Of a stretch of 60,000 nt of DNA, positions 12,001 through 22,417 are shown in pieces. Position numbers and translations under genes: made by a program. Source of the DNA: Laetmonice hystrix (lineage: Eukaryota); the NCBI GenBank assembly GCA_965235115.1, contig OZ249436.1:20586001-20646000 (forward strand), in the 5' to 3' direction. Each line of letters begins with the position of its first letter. Position 1 is the stretch's first letter. The notes beneath the pieces are model-generated. The model was not told the origin of the DNA and did not search any database. It saw only the letters and a program-made list of their open reading frames with translations.

Positions 12001-14624
12001 CCTAACCCCCTACCCCTTGCTACCACAGTACTTTGGCAATAGCAATGCAGCGTAACCCTCTGCCGCTTGCAGCCAAAGCACTTTGGCAATAACTATGCAG
12101 CCTAACGCCTTGCCCCTTGCTGCCACAGTACTTAGGAAAACAATAGAGCCTAACGCCCTGCCCCTTGCTCTCACATTACCTTGGTAATATCTAATCAGAA
12201 ACCATGCCATCTGTCATTTCAGTTAAAATTGATAGACTCTTTGATTATTTCCACTCTAACCATAAACTTTACCATTTATGGCGAAGAGACTGATCAATTT
12301 GGTAAAAATAAAATTGATTTATTGATGAGTGTCGACATTCTTGTTAATTCAGAATGCAGATGCACTCGTGAGAGGAGTGGCACCTCCATCACTCACGCAG
12401 CTCCACGTACCAGACTACCGCCAACATACGTACCAGCAGACGAACCATTCAAATGACTGTGGAGCGAGGGACTGCACAGGGACTGGCCGCGCCAAAAAAA
12501 ATCCAGTGCGACAATTGTCATGTCTGGTTTCATTATCAAGGTGAACAGCTTAGACAACGGAAACCAAAGCTCACAACATCGGTTGACAAATTGTTACTGT
12601 GGCAGCAAGGGGCGGGGGGTTAGGCTGTATTGTTATTGCCAAGGTACTGTGGCAGCAAGGGGCAGGGGGTTAGGCTGTATTGTTATTGCCAAGGTACTGT
12701 GGCAGCAAGGGGTAGGGGGTTAGGCTGCATTGTTATTGCCAAAGTACTGTGGCAGCAAGGGGTAGGGCGTTAGGCTGCATTGTTATTGCCAAAGTACTGT
12801 GGTAGCAAGGGGTAGGGGGTTAGGCTGCATTGTTATTGCCAAGGTACTGTGGCAGCAAGGGGTAGGGGGTTAGGCTGCATTGTTATTGCCAAGGTACTGT
12901 GGCAGCAAGGGGTAGGGGGTTAGGCATTGTTATTGCCAAGGTACTGTGGCAGCAAGGGGTAGGGGGTTAGGCTGCTTTGCTATTACCAAAGTACTGTGGC
13001 AGTAAGAGGTAGGAGGTTAGGCTGCTTTTCTATTACCAAAGTACTGTGGCAGCAAGGCTGCATTGTTATTACCAAGGTACTGTGGTAGCAAGGGGTAGGG
13101 GGTTAGGCTGCTTTGCGATTACCAAATTACTGTTGCCACTGGTGTCCACTTTTTCCAAGTGTTCAATATTACTATACAGATTCAGGCCAAATTACCGCAG
13201 GCTGTTTTACTGTAACTCGCGAAGGAAGTTCTGAAAGGCTTTTTTCTGGGTTACACAGTTTCGCATGTTAATTGGCATCTCCAAATTATATATGCCTACA
13301 TGTATATAAGTAGGCCTACATTACCTTGACTACGTCAGCAAACTTCGAGTATACCTTTTGCTTTTACACCAAAGATTTCCTCCACACCGACAGTTGTAAT
13401 TCTCTATGTCCAATGTGAAGGGTCGTTGGCAATAAAGCTCATGTTCAAAATATAGTACCACTTGACTTCCTGACTTTATTCTGTCAATAAACTTCACGTT
13501 AAGACAGCGTCACCTGACAAAGTACTTCGCCATCGAAAATGTCCCTGTGTGTCATGAAAAAAGTGTGTCAAAACTAAATCCCAGGTCCAGAGATTTCATG
13601 TTTCCAGACAAAAAGGACGTTGGCTCAGTAGGTCATGCTTAGAAATTGTAGTAGGCCTAATCACACTTTTTCCTGTCAAAGTAGGTCTACTTTGGTATTA
13701 AAAACCGTATTGATAGAGGGCGGATGCGGGATTTAGGAAGGGGGCGGGGTTAAGGGAAGAATTTTCTGGGGGAGGGGAGTAGTCATGGACAATTAAGACC
13801 GTTCAATGGTGAAAAAAAGACAAAATTGGCTAGGGGGTTAACTCCCTACCCCCGGATCCGCCACTGATATAACGCGGTAATAGTCTGAACGTCCCCTAAC
13901 AACTTTTGTGCTTTCACACTTCAATGCATGTGTACCCATAGACTTTGGTAACAGCGCTTCCAGACAAAGTTCTTCGTCCACATGATAAAGTTGCTGACAA
14001 AGTACTTTGATACTGAAGCCCACGGTCTTCTTCACAATCGTGTGGCTTTATAATGCGGACACAGTACTTTGTTACATGCATCAACCCCAAGTTGACCGTA
14101 TACATGTTTCTTGCTTTCAAAGTACTTTGGCAGGATCAGGCAACAAGCAGTTTGTAAGCCAGTCGCCCATTGGTACTTTGGCAGCAATTACCCTGGCTTG
14201 TTGCTGCCAAAGTAGAAATACTGTATTTTGATTGGTACTTTGGCAATAGCCTTTTGGTGGTCTTCCGCCCAAAGTACTTTGGCAGCAGCCATTGCCTTTT
14301 TTTTAACGCCTAAGTTGCGAATTGTAAATTTTTGAACGACAGGGAAGTTTGTTCGAAAATGTTCGAAAAAGCATCACGGAAAACTCTAAAACGGATGGTT
14401 TTTGAGCAAACTCATCTCCTAACTCACCATTTCCACTCGTGTCCGTGTCGCCGGACGATGACGATGATGAGTTCGACCACCATGAAGGCCAGTCCAAACA
14501 CAAAGAACCAGTAGAAAGAGTTGCCGAACACGACTGAAGTCCGCCACACTACAATAACCGTGTGCAGCGAGAAGAGAACACGGGGAACGATTGCCGTCAC
14601 CATGGTCCAAGTAATCCTTGCCAT
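9053..14624 (-). CDS. TMEM26: Transmembrane protein 26 (3 exons: 14624-14428, 10271-10130, 9775-9053; ~353 aa)
   Basis: Spliced product MARITWTMVTAIVPRVLFSLHTVIVVWR...HGHEWKW|FCPSVLLYLCTVVPAIWLL...[46 protein letters not shown]...QDLPFFCLR...FFTFKNALV matches TMEM26 family motifs. GT-AG sites keep the frame. Confidence 0.92.
10557..10723 (+). pseudogene. MULE transposase N-terminal exon remnant (ZSWIM3/FAR1-like DNA-binding region)
   Basis: MKLGDTFPTDHSFSEAFDQYKQGQNVVYHIYASETVKTYLQKHPGRQDIRIPEGIR|gttagt follows the MxLGxxFxxxxxFxxxFxxYK pattern of ZSWIM3 and MULE N-termini. It lies just inside the left TIR. Confidence 0.55.
10852..12185 (+). repeat. 50-bp minisatellite array (~26 copies)
   Basis: Unit CCCCTTGCTGCCACAGTACTTTGGCAATAACAATGCAGCCTAACCCCCTA, period 50 (e.g. 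10861 and 10911). Confidence 0.97.
12353..12540 (+). pseudogene. Frameshifted PHD-finger-like exon between the inverted arrays
   Basis: aattcag|...QQTNHSNDCGARDCTGTGRAKK, then one frameshift in an A8 run gives IQCDNCHVWFHYQ|gtga, matching the PHD core IQCDxCxxWFH. Confidence 0.55.
12595..13125 (-). repeat. 50-bp minisatellite array (~10 copies), reverse complement of the 10852-12185 array
   Basis: Unit TACTGTGGCAGCAAGGGGTAGGGGGTTAGGCTGCATTGTTATTGCCAAGG. Confidence 0.97.
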
Positions 14625-14644
14625 GGTCCGCCACTTTACCAAAT

Positions 14645-14880
14645 GGTTCTCTCCTAAAAACTTCACCAAAGATTTCTTTATCAAAACTTCACCGAAGATT
14701 TCTTCATCAAAACTCTCTATATTCTCTATACCAAAAACTTCGGCAAAGGTCTCTCTACCAAAATCGTTACCAAAGGTTTCTTTATCAAAACTTTACCAAA
14801 GATCTCTCTACCAAAAACTTTACCAAATGTTTATCTACCAAAACTTAACTAAAGAAGATAATCTCTACCAAAACTACGAT
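14645..14880. repeat. Degenerate ~25-bp tandem repeat upstream of the TMEM26 start
   Basis: Recurrent TCTCTACCAAAAACTTTACCAAAGA-like units. Confidence 0.6.
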
Positions 14881-16139
14881 TGTTAGAAGAGTCTCCTTTG
14901 GTGGTTGTCTGCTCGTCTATCGCTCAGCAGCGGCAGCGCAATATTTATTCCTGTGGTCTGGATCAACCATAAAGTAACCTGGGGAATTTTATAATTTTTT
15001 TGCCGAAGATAGACCTACTTGTGCCTGCATGAGGTACTGTCAATCACAATTGGTCATTATCTAAATACATGTATCATTCTGGAACCACATGGTATAAAGC
15101 AATATAGTTCTAGAGGCCTATACCAATAATAATATATTATTTATTGCATGTAGTTTGTGGTGGTCTCCATGTACACGCGATGATCGGTAATCATGTGCCT
15201 GCCATATCTTTAAATCATAGGCCTATACGTCATAAACGTCAATATTTTTAGCTACTTCAGAGAGCTGCTCTAAAAACAAGATTCGTCCAGGACAGAAACT
15301 TCCATAAAGCGCAAGGTTCTAGGCAGCATTTCCATGGATTATACGTAACTGGGAATGTAATTATGACGATACCTGCATTGAAAAAAATGAAAATTACTTC
15401 AAAACAAAAGATCATTGGCAGGAGTATTGTAAATCGATAACAACAATAACCTACTCAAACCATTACTCATCGCGACTCTTTCGGACAAGCAGCGAATAGG
15501 GCCCTGGGGTAAACACTTGGCGGATCGTTCATTTATGATCCGTTGCTATGATATGATGACTTGTTGAATGAATGAGCCCAGGTTTGGAGGGTTCCGCTCC
15601 TCTCCGCCAGGCAGACGAAATAAACGGGGGTAAATCATTCGCCTTCATTAATCATAATAAAACACTCGTGTCTGCGATATTTTTTATTTTGGAAAGACCC
15701 AAGACTTGTTGGTTTCTACGTGGGGTTCTCTCATTATTGGGCACTCCCATAAAGTTTACAAGTGCAGATTCGATGTGACAATAAATCCCACTTTGCTTAG
15801 TTACGACAAAACACACTTTGCAGCCTGGGTGGATTGGGGGTGTGGGTCAGGAAGTCCTTTTCTGAAGCAGACCTGTAGATTCCTGAATAATGTACGTCTT
15901 GAACTGTTCCTGACATCACACTGAGGTGAGGCAAGGCAATCTATGGGCATTCTGAATACACACATTATGGAGTTTGTGTACATGCTTGATGGAAGCACAG
16001 ACAACTAGATACGTTGTGGTGATACCACAATGGATCCCATCCCCGGGGTGTCCCGTCCAACATGTTAAGAGAAGCGATAACAATGGTGCTATCATGCACC
16101 CGTGACGACTTATAAGCCTTAAAAGATGCAAATTATGTC

Positions 16140-17960
16140 ATTATGACGAATGAAAGAGCATATGTAACTACCTATTAGTGTTTAATAGTAACTCTGGTTC
16201 TAACCTCAACCATTAACAACTTATATCCCTGAGACAATATGGATGACATCGTTATGACGTCTATGTCACGTGACCTAAAAAATAATGGTCCCAAATGAAA
16301 GAGAATATGACTTCCCATTAGTGTCTAATAGTAATCATGGCTCTAACTTCAACCAATTACAAGTTATATCCCTGACAAAATATGGATGGCATCGTTATGA
16401 CGTCATAGGTCACATGACCTGAAAAATAATGGTCCCAAATGACAGAGCATATATCTGACTTCCCATTAGTGTCTAATAGTAACCATGGCTCTAACTTCAA
16501 CCAATTACAAGTTCTATCCCTGAGAAAATATGGATGACATCGTTATGACGTCATAGGTCACGTGACCTGAATAATAATGGTGTCAAACAAAAGAGCATAT
16601 ATGACTTCCTATTAGTATTTAATAGTAACTATGGCTCTATCTGGCACTGTTTAGAAGTTGTAGCCATAGATAGCTAAACTGACCACTGTTGAAAACTTCA
16701 AGGTCACGTGATTCAACGAATATAGCTCAAATCGCTTATCCCTGGATGATTCTATTGTTATTGTTGACTTGTTAGAGAGTGTTCCCGCCTAATATTGTCA
16801 AATTTTACCAAAAAATGAAGAAGAAGAAACGATTTAACCAATTTGTAAGGTGAGGCCCAGTTCTCCCAAAGGTCAAAGGTCAAAGGTCAAATGAAGGCTC
16901 AGTTTTAAGCATGACCCATGCCTGATTATAGCACCATGATGGGCTTTGGAAATTCTCAATATGAGCTTAAAAATGGCCTCAATGTACAAATCACGTTTGA
17001 CGTCATGACGTCATGACGTGACGTCATGACTGATTGTATGACCTTTCTTTGTCATGGTCAAGGTGTGTATTCAGGAACAATTATGGCTCTGTCTCAAATC
17101 TTTCAAGAGTTACAGCCAGGAATCTTCCAAATGACCTAACTTTAAAGCTTGCAGGTCAAGTGGTCCAGCGAAAATAGGTCAAATCCTTAAAAATAATGGT
17201 GCCAAATGAAAGATCATATCACTTCCTATTTGTATACAATAATAAACATGGCCCTTTAACAGAAGCATCTTCGAGTTATAGCCATAGATATCTAAACTGG
17301 GCACTGTTCCAAATTTCAATGTCACGTAACTCCGCGAAAATAGGTCAAATCGCTTATCCTTGGATAAATTTTGAGAAGCTCTTGTCAGAGAGTCCTTCTG
17401 CCAAAAATTGTCAAGTTTATCAAAAAATGAAGAAGAAGTAGGGATTCAACCGATTTACGACCTAGGACCCAGTTCTCCCTAAGGGCAAAGGTCAAAGGTC
17501 AAACGAAGGGTCAGTCTTTGGCAAGACCCTTGCCCAATCAAAACGAAAATAGGTCAAATCGCTTATCCTTGGATAAATTTTGAGAAGCTCTTGTCAGAGA
17601 GTCCTTCTGCCAAAAATTGTCAAGTTTTATCAAAAAATGAAGAAGAAGTAGGGATTCAACCGATTTACGACCTAGGACCCAGTTCTCCCTAAGGGCAAAG
17701 GTCAAAGGTCAAACGAAGGGTCAGTCTTTGGCAAGACCCTTGCCCAATCAAAACGCCTTGATAAATATTGTAAATTCCGAATATGAACTTTAAAAATGGC
17801 CCCCAATTTCCAAAAAAAATGACGTCACCACGTTACGTCGCGTGACGTCATGACTCATTTTCAGACTTCGTCATGGTCAAGAAGCCTACCAAAGACCATA
17901 CAATTTCAAGATCCCATACCCCTGTAGGGGGATGGGATAATAAATGACGGAAACTAACAG
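16140..17960. mobile_element. Helentron/Helitron-associated-type interspersed repeat with internal tandem repeats
   Basis: About 4 copies of a ~145-bp unit (16150-16700), AAGGTCAAAGGTCAA motifs, TGACGTCA-rich segments and a near-exact ~210-bp tandem duplication (17335-17543 / 17544-17753). The family assignment is inferred from resemblance to invertebrate HINE-type repeats. Confidence 0.55.
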
Positions 17961-18899
17961 ATCGCCGCCACGACTACAAAACAAAGGGCGCGCAATCTCG
18001 CACTGCCACCTATCGAGAGCAAAGAAAACGAAAGCTGCTGACGCCTTCTACCGCCGAGAAAGGCTAATATTTAATAAGTAAGAAACTGGAAAGTGTGTAA
18101 TTGGTAAGGGGGCGGAGGACGGATATTTTAGTTGACCGAGGCGGGAAACACGGGGAAATACAAGATAAAACTCTTCAGGGCTATTGAATATGTCTTCAAC
18201 TGGCGTGTGCGGAGTCCACAAAAAAAACACAAAAAAGCGAACACACGAATGAAATTGCATTCATGAGATCCATAGAAAGGATTTATTCGAGAAATCCGTA
18301 TAGCATGTCCTAATTGACGATTATCAAGAAAAATAATATGAAAGTAAACATTTCACCATATCACAGATTTTGTCATCACAAACGATTTTCACTGATATAA
18401 AAACCAGTCCATGCGCCACACATCCTCACGCCTTGGCGCTGACGACCAGACATATTCACCTACCTCGTAATTTTACACGTCAAGCGATAATATTGGTCTT
18501 AACTTCGGATTTTGTAATTCGAGTGTTACCAAGGAAATTATCCTACCAAGGAAATTATCCTTGGTGTTACTAAGCACGGTGGGTTAAAGACTTGAAATAA
18601 GATAATGGTATCGTGAGCCACTGATTAGTACCTTTGTCTGTGTGCAGTACACGTACCGTCATTACGGTGCCAGTCCATTTCCAGTCACTGCAGGTCATGG
18701 TAAAATGATCTTACCATCTTTAGTGCTGGTATGCCTAGCATAATCTAAGGCCGGTATGCCTATAATAAGGCGCTATGGCAATGATTTTACCTACTCCTAT
18801 GGAGGTGCATTAAACATATGTATTTTGTAAATTTACATTGTGACCGGTGCCCAGTGTACAGTACTGTTCAGTCGACCATATACCCAGTATTATAGGTGA

Positions 18900-21798
18900 T
18901 TAATGTCTCCAACCAATGGCATGTCCGTCCACCATCTGCGGTTCAAGGAACCCACGGAAAGATTGACCGTCACATGTCCATCGAGCTCCGTAACCTGGAA
19001 ACCAACCAACTTCAGTTGAAACATCGCGAATTAGACTCGCTGCAAAATTTACACCGAATCTTCAATATGACAGAGACGTCCTCTAACATTCATACACATT
19101 TCCAGCCACACGGGTGTGCATTTTTTTAAAAATTTATTTATTACGCATTTTGTTCATTTGTAGGAGATACTGATTTAATGACATTTAATGAGATTTTTCT
19201 TACCATCCGTTTGCCGGACCTCGATGACGTGGACATCATTCTAAAGGATTCAACACGGAAAAATCATATCAGTTGAAAACTGTGGATTTTAATTCTACTT
19301 TTTGTACATTCTCCATGTCTTATTACTAGTAAATGCTTCATACACGAATGACAACTGACAATCTAAGTAAAATGGACTTCAGGAGGGTTCAAGACGTTAT
19401 TTACAACTCATTCATTTCTTCGTATGTCTATTTCACACTCTTTCCAGCAACTCAGACGAGACCATGATATACATCATGTTGCAGTGTTAATCAAGAGTAC
19501 AAATAAGATATATAGAGGGAACTCGACTGACGGGTAACTGATGAATGTTGATCCAGTGTGCATCATCCAATATTTTGGCTACGGTCCTGGTCGCATGGAG
19601 ATTCTTGTCTGCCTCCTCTGTTGAAGGCACAAAACGAGAGAAATGATTCTTTTTGCTAGAGCTACGAAGTATTTTAGTGCAAAGATTATGAATTATGGGA
19701 AGGAATTCTGTCGTGAAATAACATACAATAATACCAAAATAAGATAGAAGAGTGAATTGCATATAGAACTCACTGCCTGTGGACACGCCCCACCAGCTTG
19801 ACGACTCGTCCCGGTGACAGTGCTTGGCCAGGGCCCGCGCACCTACAGACAACTGGGACGACGGACTACACAGGGAGCAATCAAAATTTGGGCCTCTTAT
19901 TTCATGAGCATGACAGTACATTAACGTCTTCAAATAGAAAAGAAATATGCGATAGTTTCACAATGAATAACTACGACAGATAGACTTGCTGGTAACAATC
20001 TGCTACCTACATAAAGTCTTAAAGTTGAGAATATTTGCTAAAGCAATATGACACCAGTTGAAAACTATGGATTTTAATTCTACTTTTTGCACATTCTCAA
20101 TGTCTTAATACTAGTAAATGTTTCATACACGAATGACAACTGACAATCTAAGTAAAATGGACTTCGGGAGGGTTCAAGACGTTATTTCCAACGGTATACG
20201 GTACGGTATACACAAAAATGTGCATGATAAAATGTATTGGATAGAAAACATACTTATTGCGAGTTTCAAAAGTCTCCTCCAAAATCTGACGTGGTGGAGG
20301 CCAGAAATCCACGCTTCCCACAGTCTTTCGCATGCCCAGCATATCTAACAATCCACGCTTGCCGAGAATCTATGAATTTGTTCAGAAGACTTCATTTTAA
20401 CTGTGACTTCATTTTAACAGTGCAAGGGCCAAGGTGTTCTCTACTCCATCTCGGGTTTTCATAATTGGTTAGTACATTGCGTCCTTTGATTAACATTTTT
20501 AACTGACAAAGAATTTTATTTCAACCGTTGAAATTTGTCAATGAAGAGTACTGCTTAAAGAGAGTAATACCTATATAAATAATACATTGGTTACTTTTCT
20601 CTCTCTGATATGACTGAATACAAAGGCCAGGGTATCAACAGTCATATTACTGCATTGTTATTCATATTTATCAGTTTAATTCCCTTGAACGTGAAAGAGT
20701 AACAAATATACAATAATACAACAGTTACAACACTGTGGATATCCAAGTACTTCTCCAGCAGGAAACTCACCACTAGAATTTCTCTCATACGAAACATTCT
20801 TTCATCTTCTGATAACATGGACCATAAGCTTTCCAGTCCGTCCCACAGTGGGTTGATGGAGGCAATGTTTGCTGCTCTTCAGGGGAAAAACACACACAAA
20901 AAACCATAGTACAATGTATTCATATAAAAAAAGAAAGATATAAAAGCCAAAGATATCTGCTATCACTGAAAAAGTACTGGTAACAATTTGAAAATTATTC
21001 AAAACATGAACGCCCTTCCATGGACTACACGCCCATCAGTTACATTAAGTGGAACATTTTATTTTAAATTTTAGCCAGTGTCAGATATTCTTTTTCTCTT
21101 ACAGAACCGTTATTGTAGCACCTCACCTCAAGTCTGTGTAAGATTTTTCATCCAATAGGTCATACGTGGGAAGGTCCAGAATTGGGCATCGTCTGGGGGA
21201 TATGGAATGTAAATATTGCTTCCATGCCATGGAAGGTGTTTTATTTACAAAATCAACCTTAGCAGTACTTATTATAATATATTATCGAGACTTATGTAAA
21301 AAAAACAACTAGTTTCTTAGCAAATTAGATTGCAATAGGGTACAGACCCTTTTATTAAGGCAAATAAATTGACTAGGTAATCTGAGAGACTTAGGAAACA
21401 ACAGACTTGGTTTCTATCCAATGTTTCGTTCTATGCCCAAGCTCACGGTATATCGGTCTGGTTGGATATCCTAAGATGCTTGATCTGGCCTCTGGTTCAC
21501 CATTGTCCTCTTTCAGTATTTCCTCTAAGTCCACCTTTTTCAGGAAACCATCAGCTTTAGCCAGTTCAGCTTCAAATACCTGCAATACAGAGTTCTACTA
21601 GTACAGTACAGTGCTTGTACTACATTATATTGTGTTGAATAAAGAGTTTGGGATTTAAATGATGTTTTATAACTGACCAGCAGCAGATCTGATAGTACCA
21701 CAGTTCAGAAAGTACACAAAATTGATATCACATTACTTCCTCTACCTATAAATACTCACCCTTCTCAGGTATTCAGTCACTTCCTTAGCTGCCATCAT
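18900..21798 (-). CDS. Uncharacterised ~269-aa protein, homologous to the non-ASCH parts of plant 'RNA-binding ASCH domain' proteins; toxin-like C-terminal domain (9 exons: 21798-21760, 21579-21407, 21192-21127, 20876-20771, 20369-20254, 19865-19774, 19617-19532, 19240-19204, 18994-18900)
   Basis: Exons sum to 810 nt in frame with GT-AG sites (the exon 2 donor GTCTGT is weak). The product ends LSVGARALAKHCHRDESSSWWGVSTGKEADKNLHA...WINIHQLPNDVHVIEVRQTDGYGARWTCDGQSFRGFLEPQMVDGHAIGWRH*. Confidence 0.85.
19268..20190. repeat. ~135-bp repeat present in two introns of the 18900-21798 gene (about 19268-19405 and 20055-20190)
   Basis: Near-identical CAGTTGAAAACT.TGGATTTTAATTCTACTTTTTG...GGAGGGTTCAAGACGTTATTT copies. 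Confidence 0.85.
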
Positions 21799-22199
21799 TA
21801 GATTAGGTGGACGATTATTTTTTTGGTACCGTAAGTCTGAAACAGAAATAGCAAGGGATGTGTATTTTATTCGATTATGTGGGAACGTAGGTTTCGCTGG
21901 TATAAAAACATAAATTAGGCCTATAACTAATAAACTGTAGTCCAACTCTTGTACTGGCACCATATTCATGCCGCGTCAACCTGGTGCAGCGGTGAACTAC
22001 GTCTACGGCGACGCGTGGCGGCTAAGGCCGCGGACCCCTACACTACAGCAGCCCGTGTGCAGCCGGCGGCAATGTTACTGCCCGTAACACGTTGGTCCTA
22101 CCCTCGATCGCAAGACTTGGTCCAGTTACCGCCTGTGCTAAATAGTGATAGCATGAGAGGTTATAACTAATGACAAACCTTCTAACACCTAACAGATGA

Positions 22200-22417
22200 T
22201 GCAAACGGTAAAATTCTCAACCTTTCTTTCTTGTTGACAGAGGAGTCAACCATAATCATGTAATTCCCCGATCCTAAAATAGACCAACCAATGAAAATAA
22301 AGTTGAGGGATGAATATCGACCAATGAGAACCAGCATCTCTTGTGATGACGTTGGACTTGTCGGTCCCTCGCTCTCGAACAGGGAACCCGTTAGGGGAAT
22401 CCTTGTAAACAAGCAAG
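22200..22417. promoter_or_regulatory. Probable bidirectional promoter between the uncharacterised gene and TEPSIN
   Basis: Start codons are ~620 bp apart head-to-head. Two CCAAT boxes (~22288 and ~22321) and CpG-rich sequence lie between them. Confidence 0.5.

Larger units (their letters stand above)
10409..14296 (+). mobile_element. Mutator-like (MULE; Foldback/Rehavkus-type) transposon, ~3.9 kb, in TMEM26 intron 1
   Basis: ~70-bp imperfect TIRs: left ...CTGCCAAAGTACTTTGGGTGGAAGACGACCAAAGCGCTATTGTCAAAGTACCAATCA versus reverse complement of right ...CTGCCAAAGTACTTTGGGCGGAAGACCACCAAAAGGCTATTGCCAAAGTACCAATCA. Candidate 9-bp TSD TTTTTTTTA at 10400-10408 and 14297-14305. Internal transposase-like and PHD-like exons. 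Confidence 0.8.

Noticed and set aside
12430..12465. QQTNHSNDCG as a Ulp1/SUMO protease catalytic motif
   Set aside because: It resembles QQxNxxDCG, but the spacing is off and the Cys fits equally well as the first PHD ligand; not called separately.
10852..13125. CRISPR-like appearance of the regular 50-bp repeats (and of the other arrays)
   Set aside because: The units are contiguous with no unique spacers, there are no cas genes, and the context is eukaryotic; these are minisatellites.
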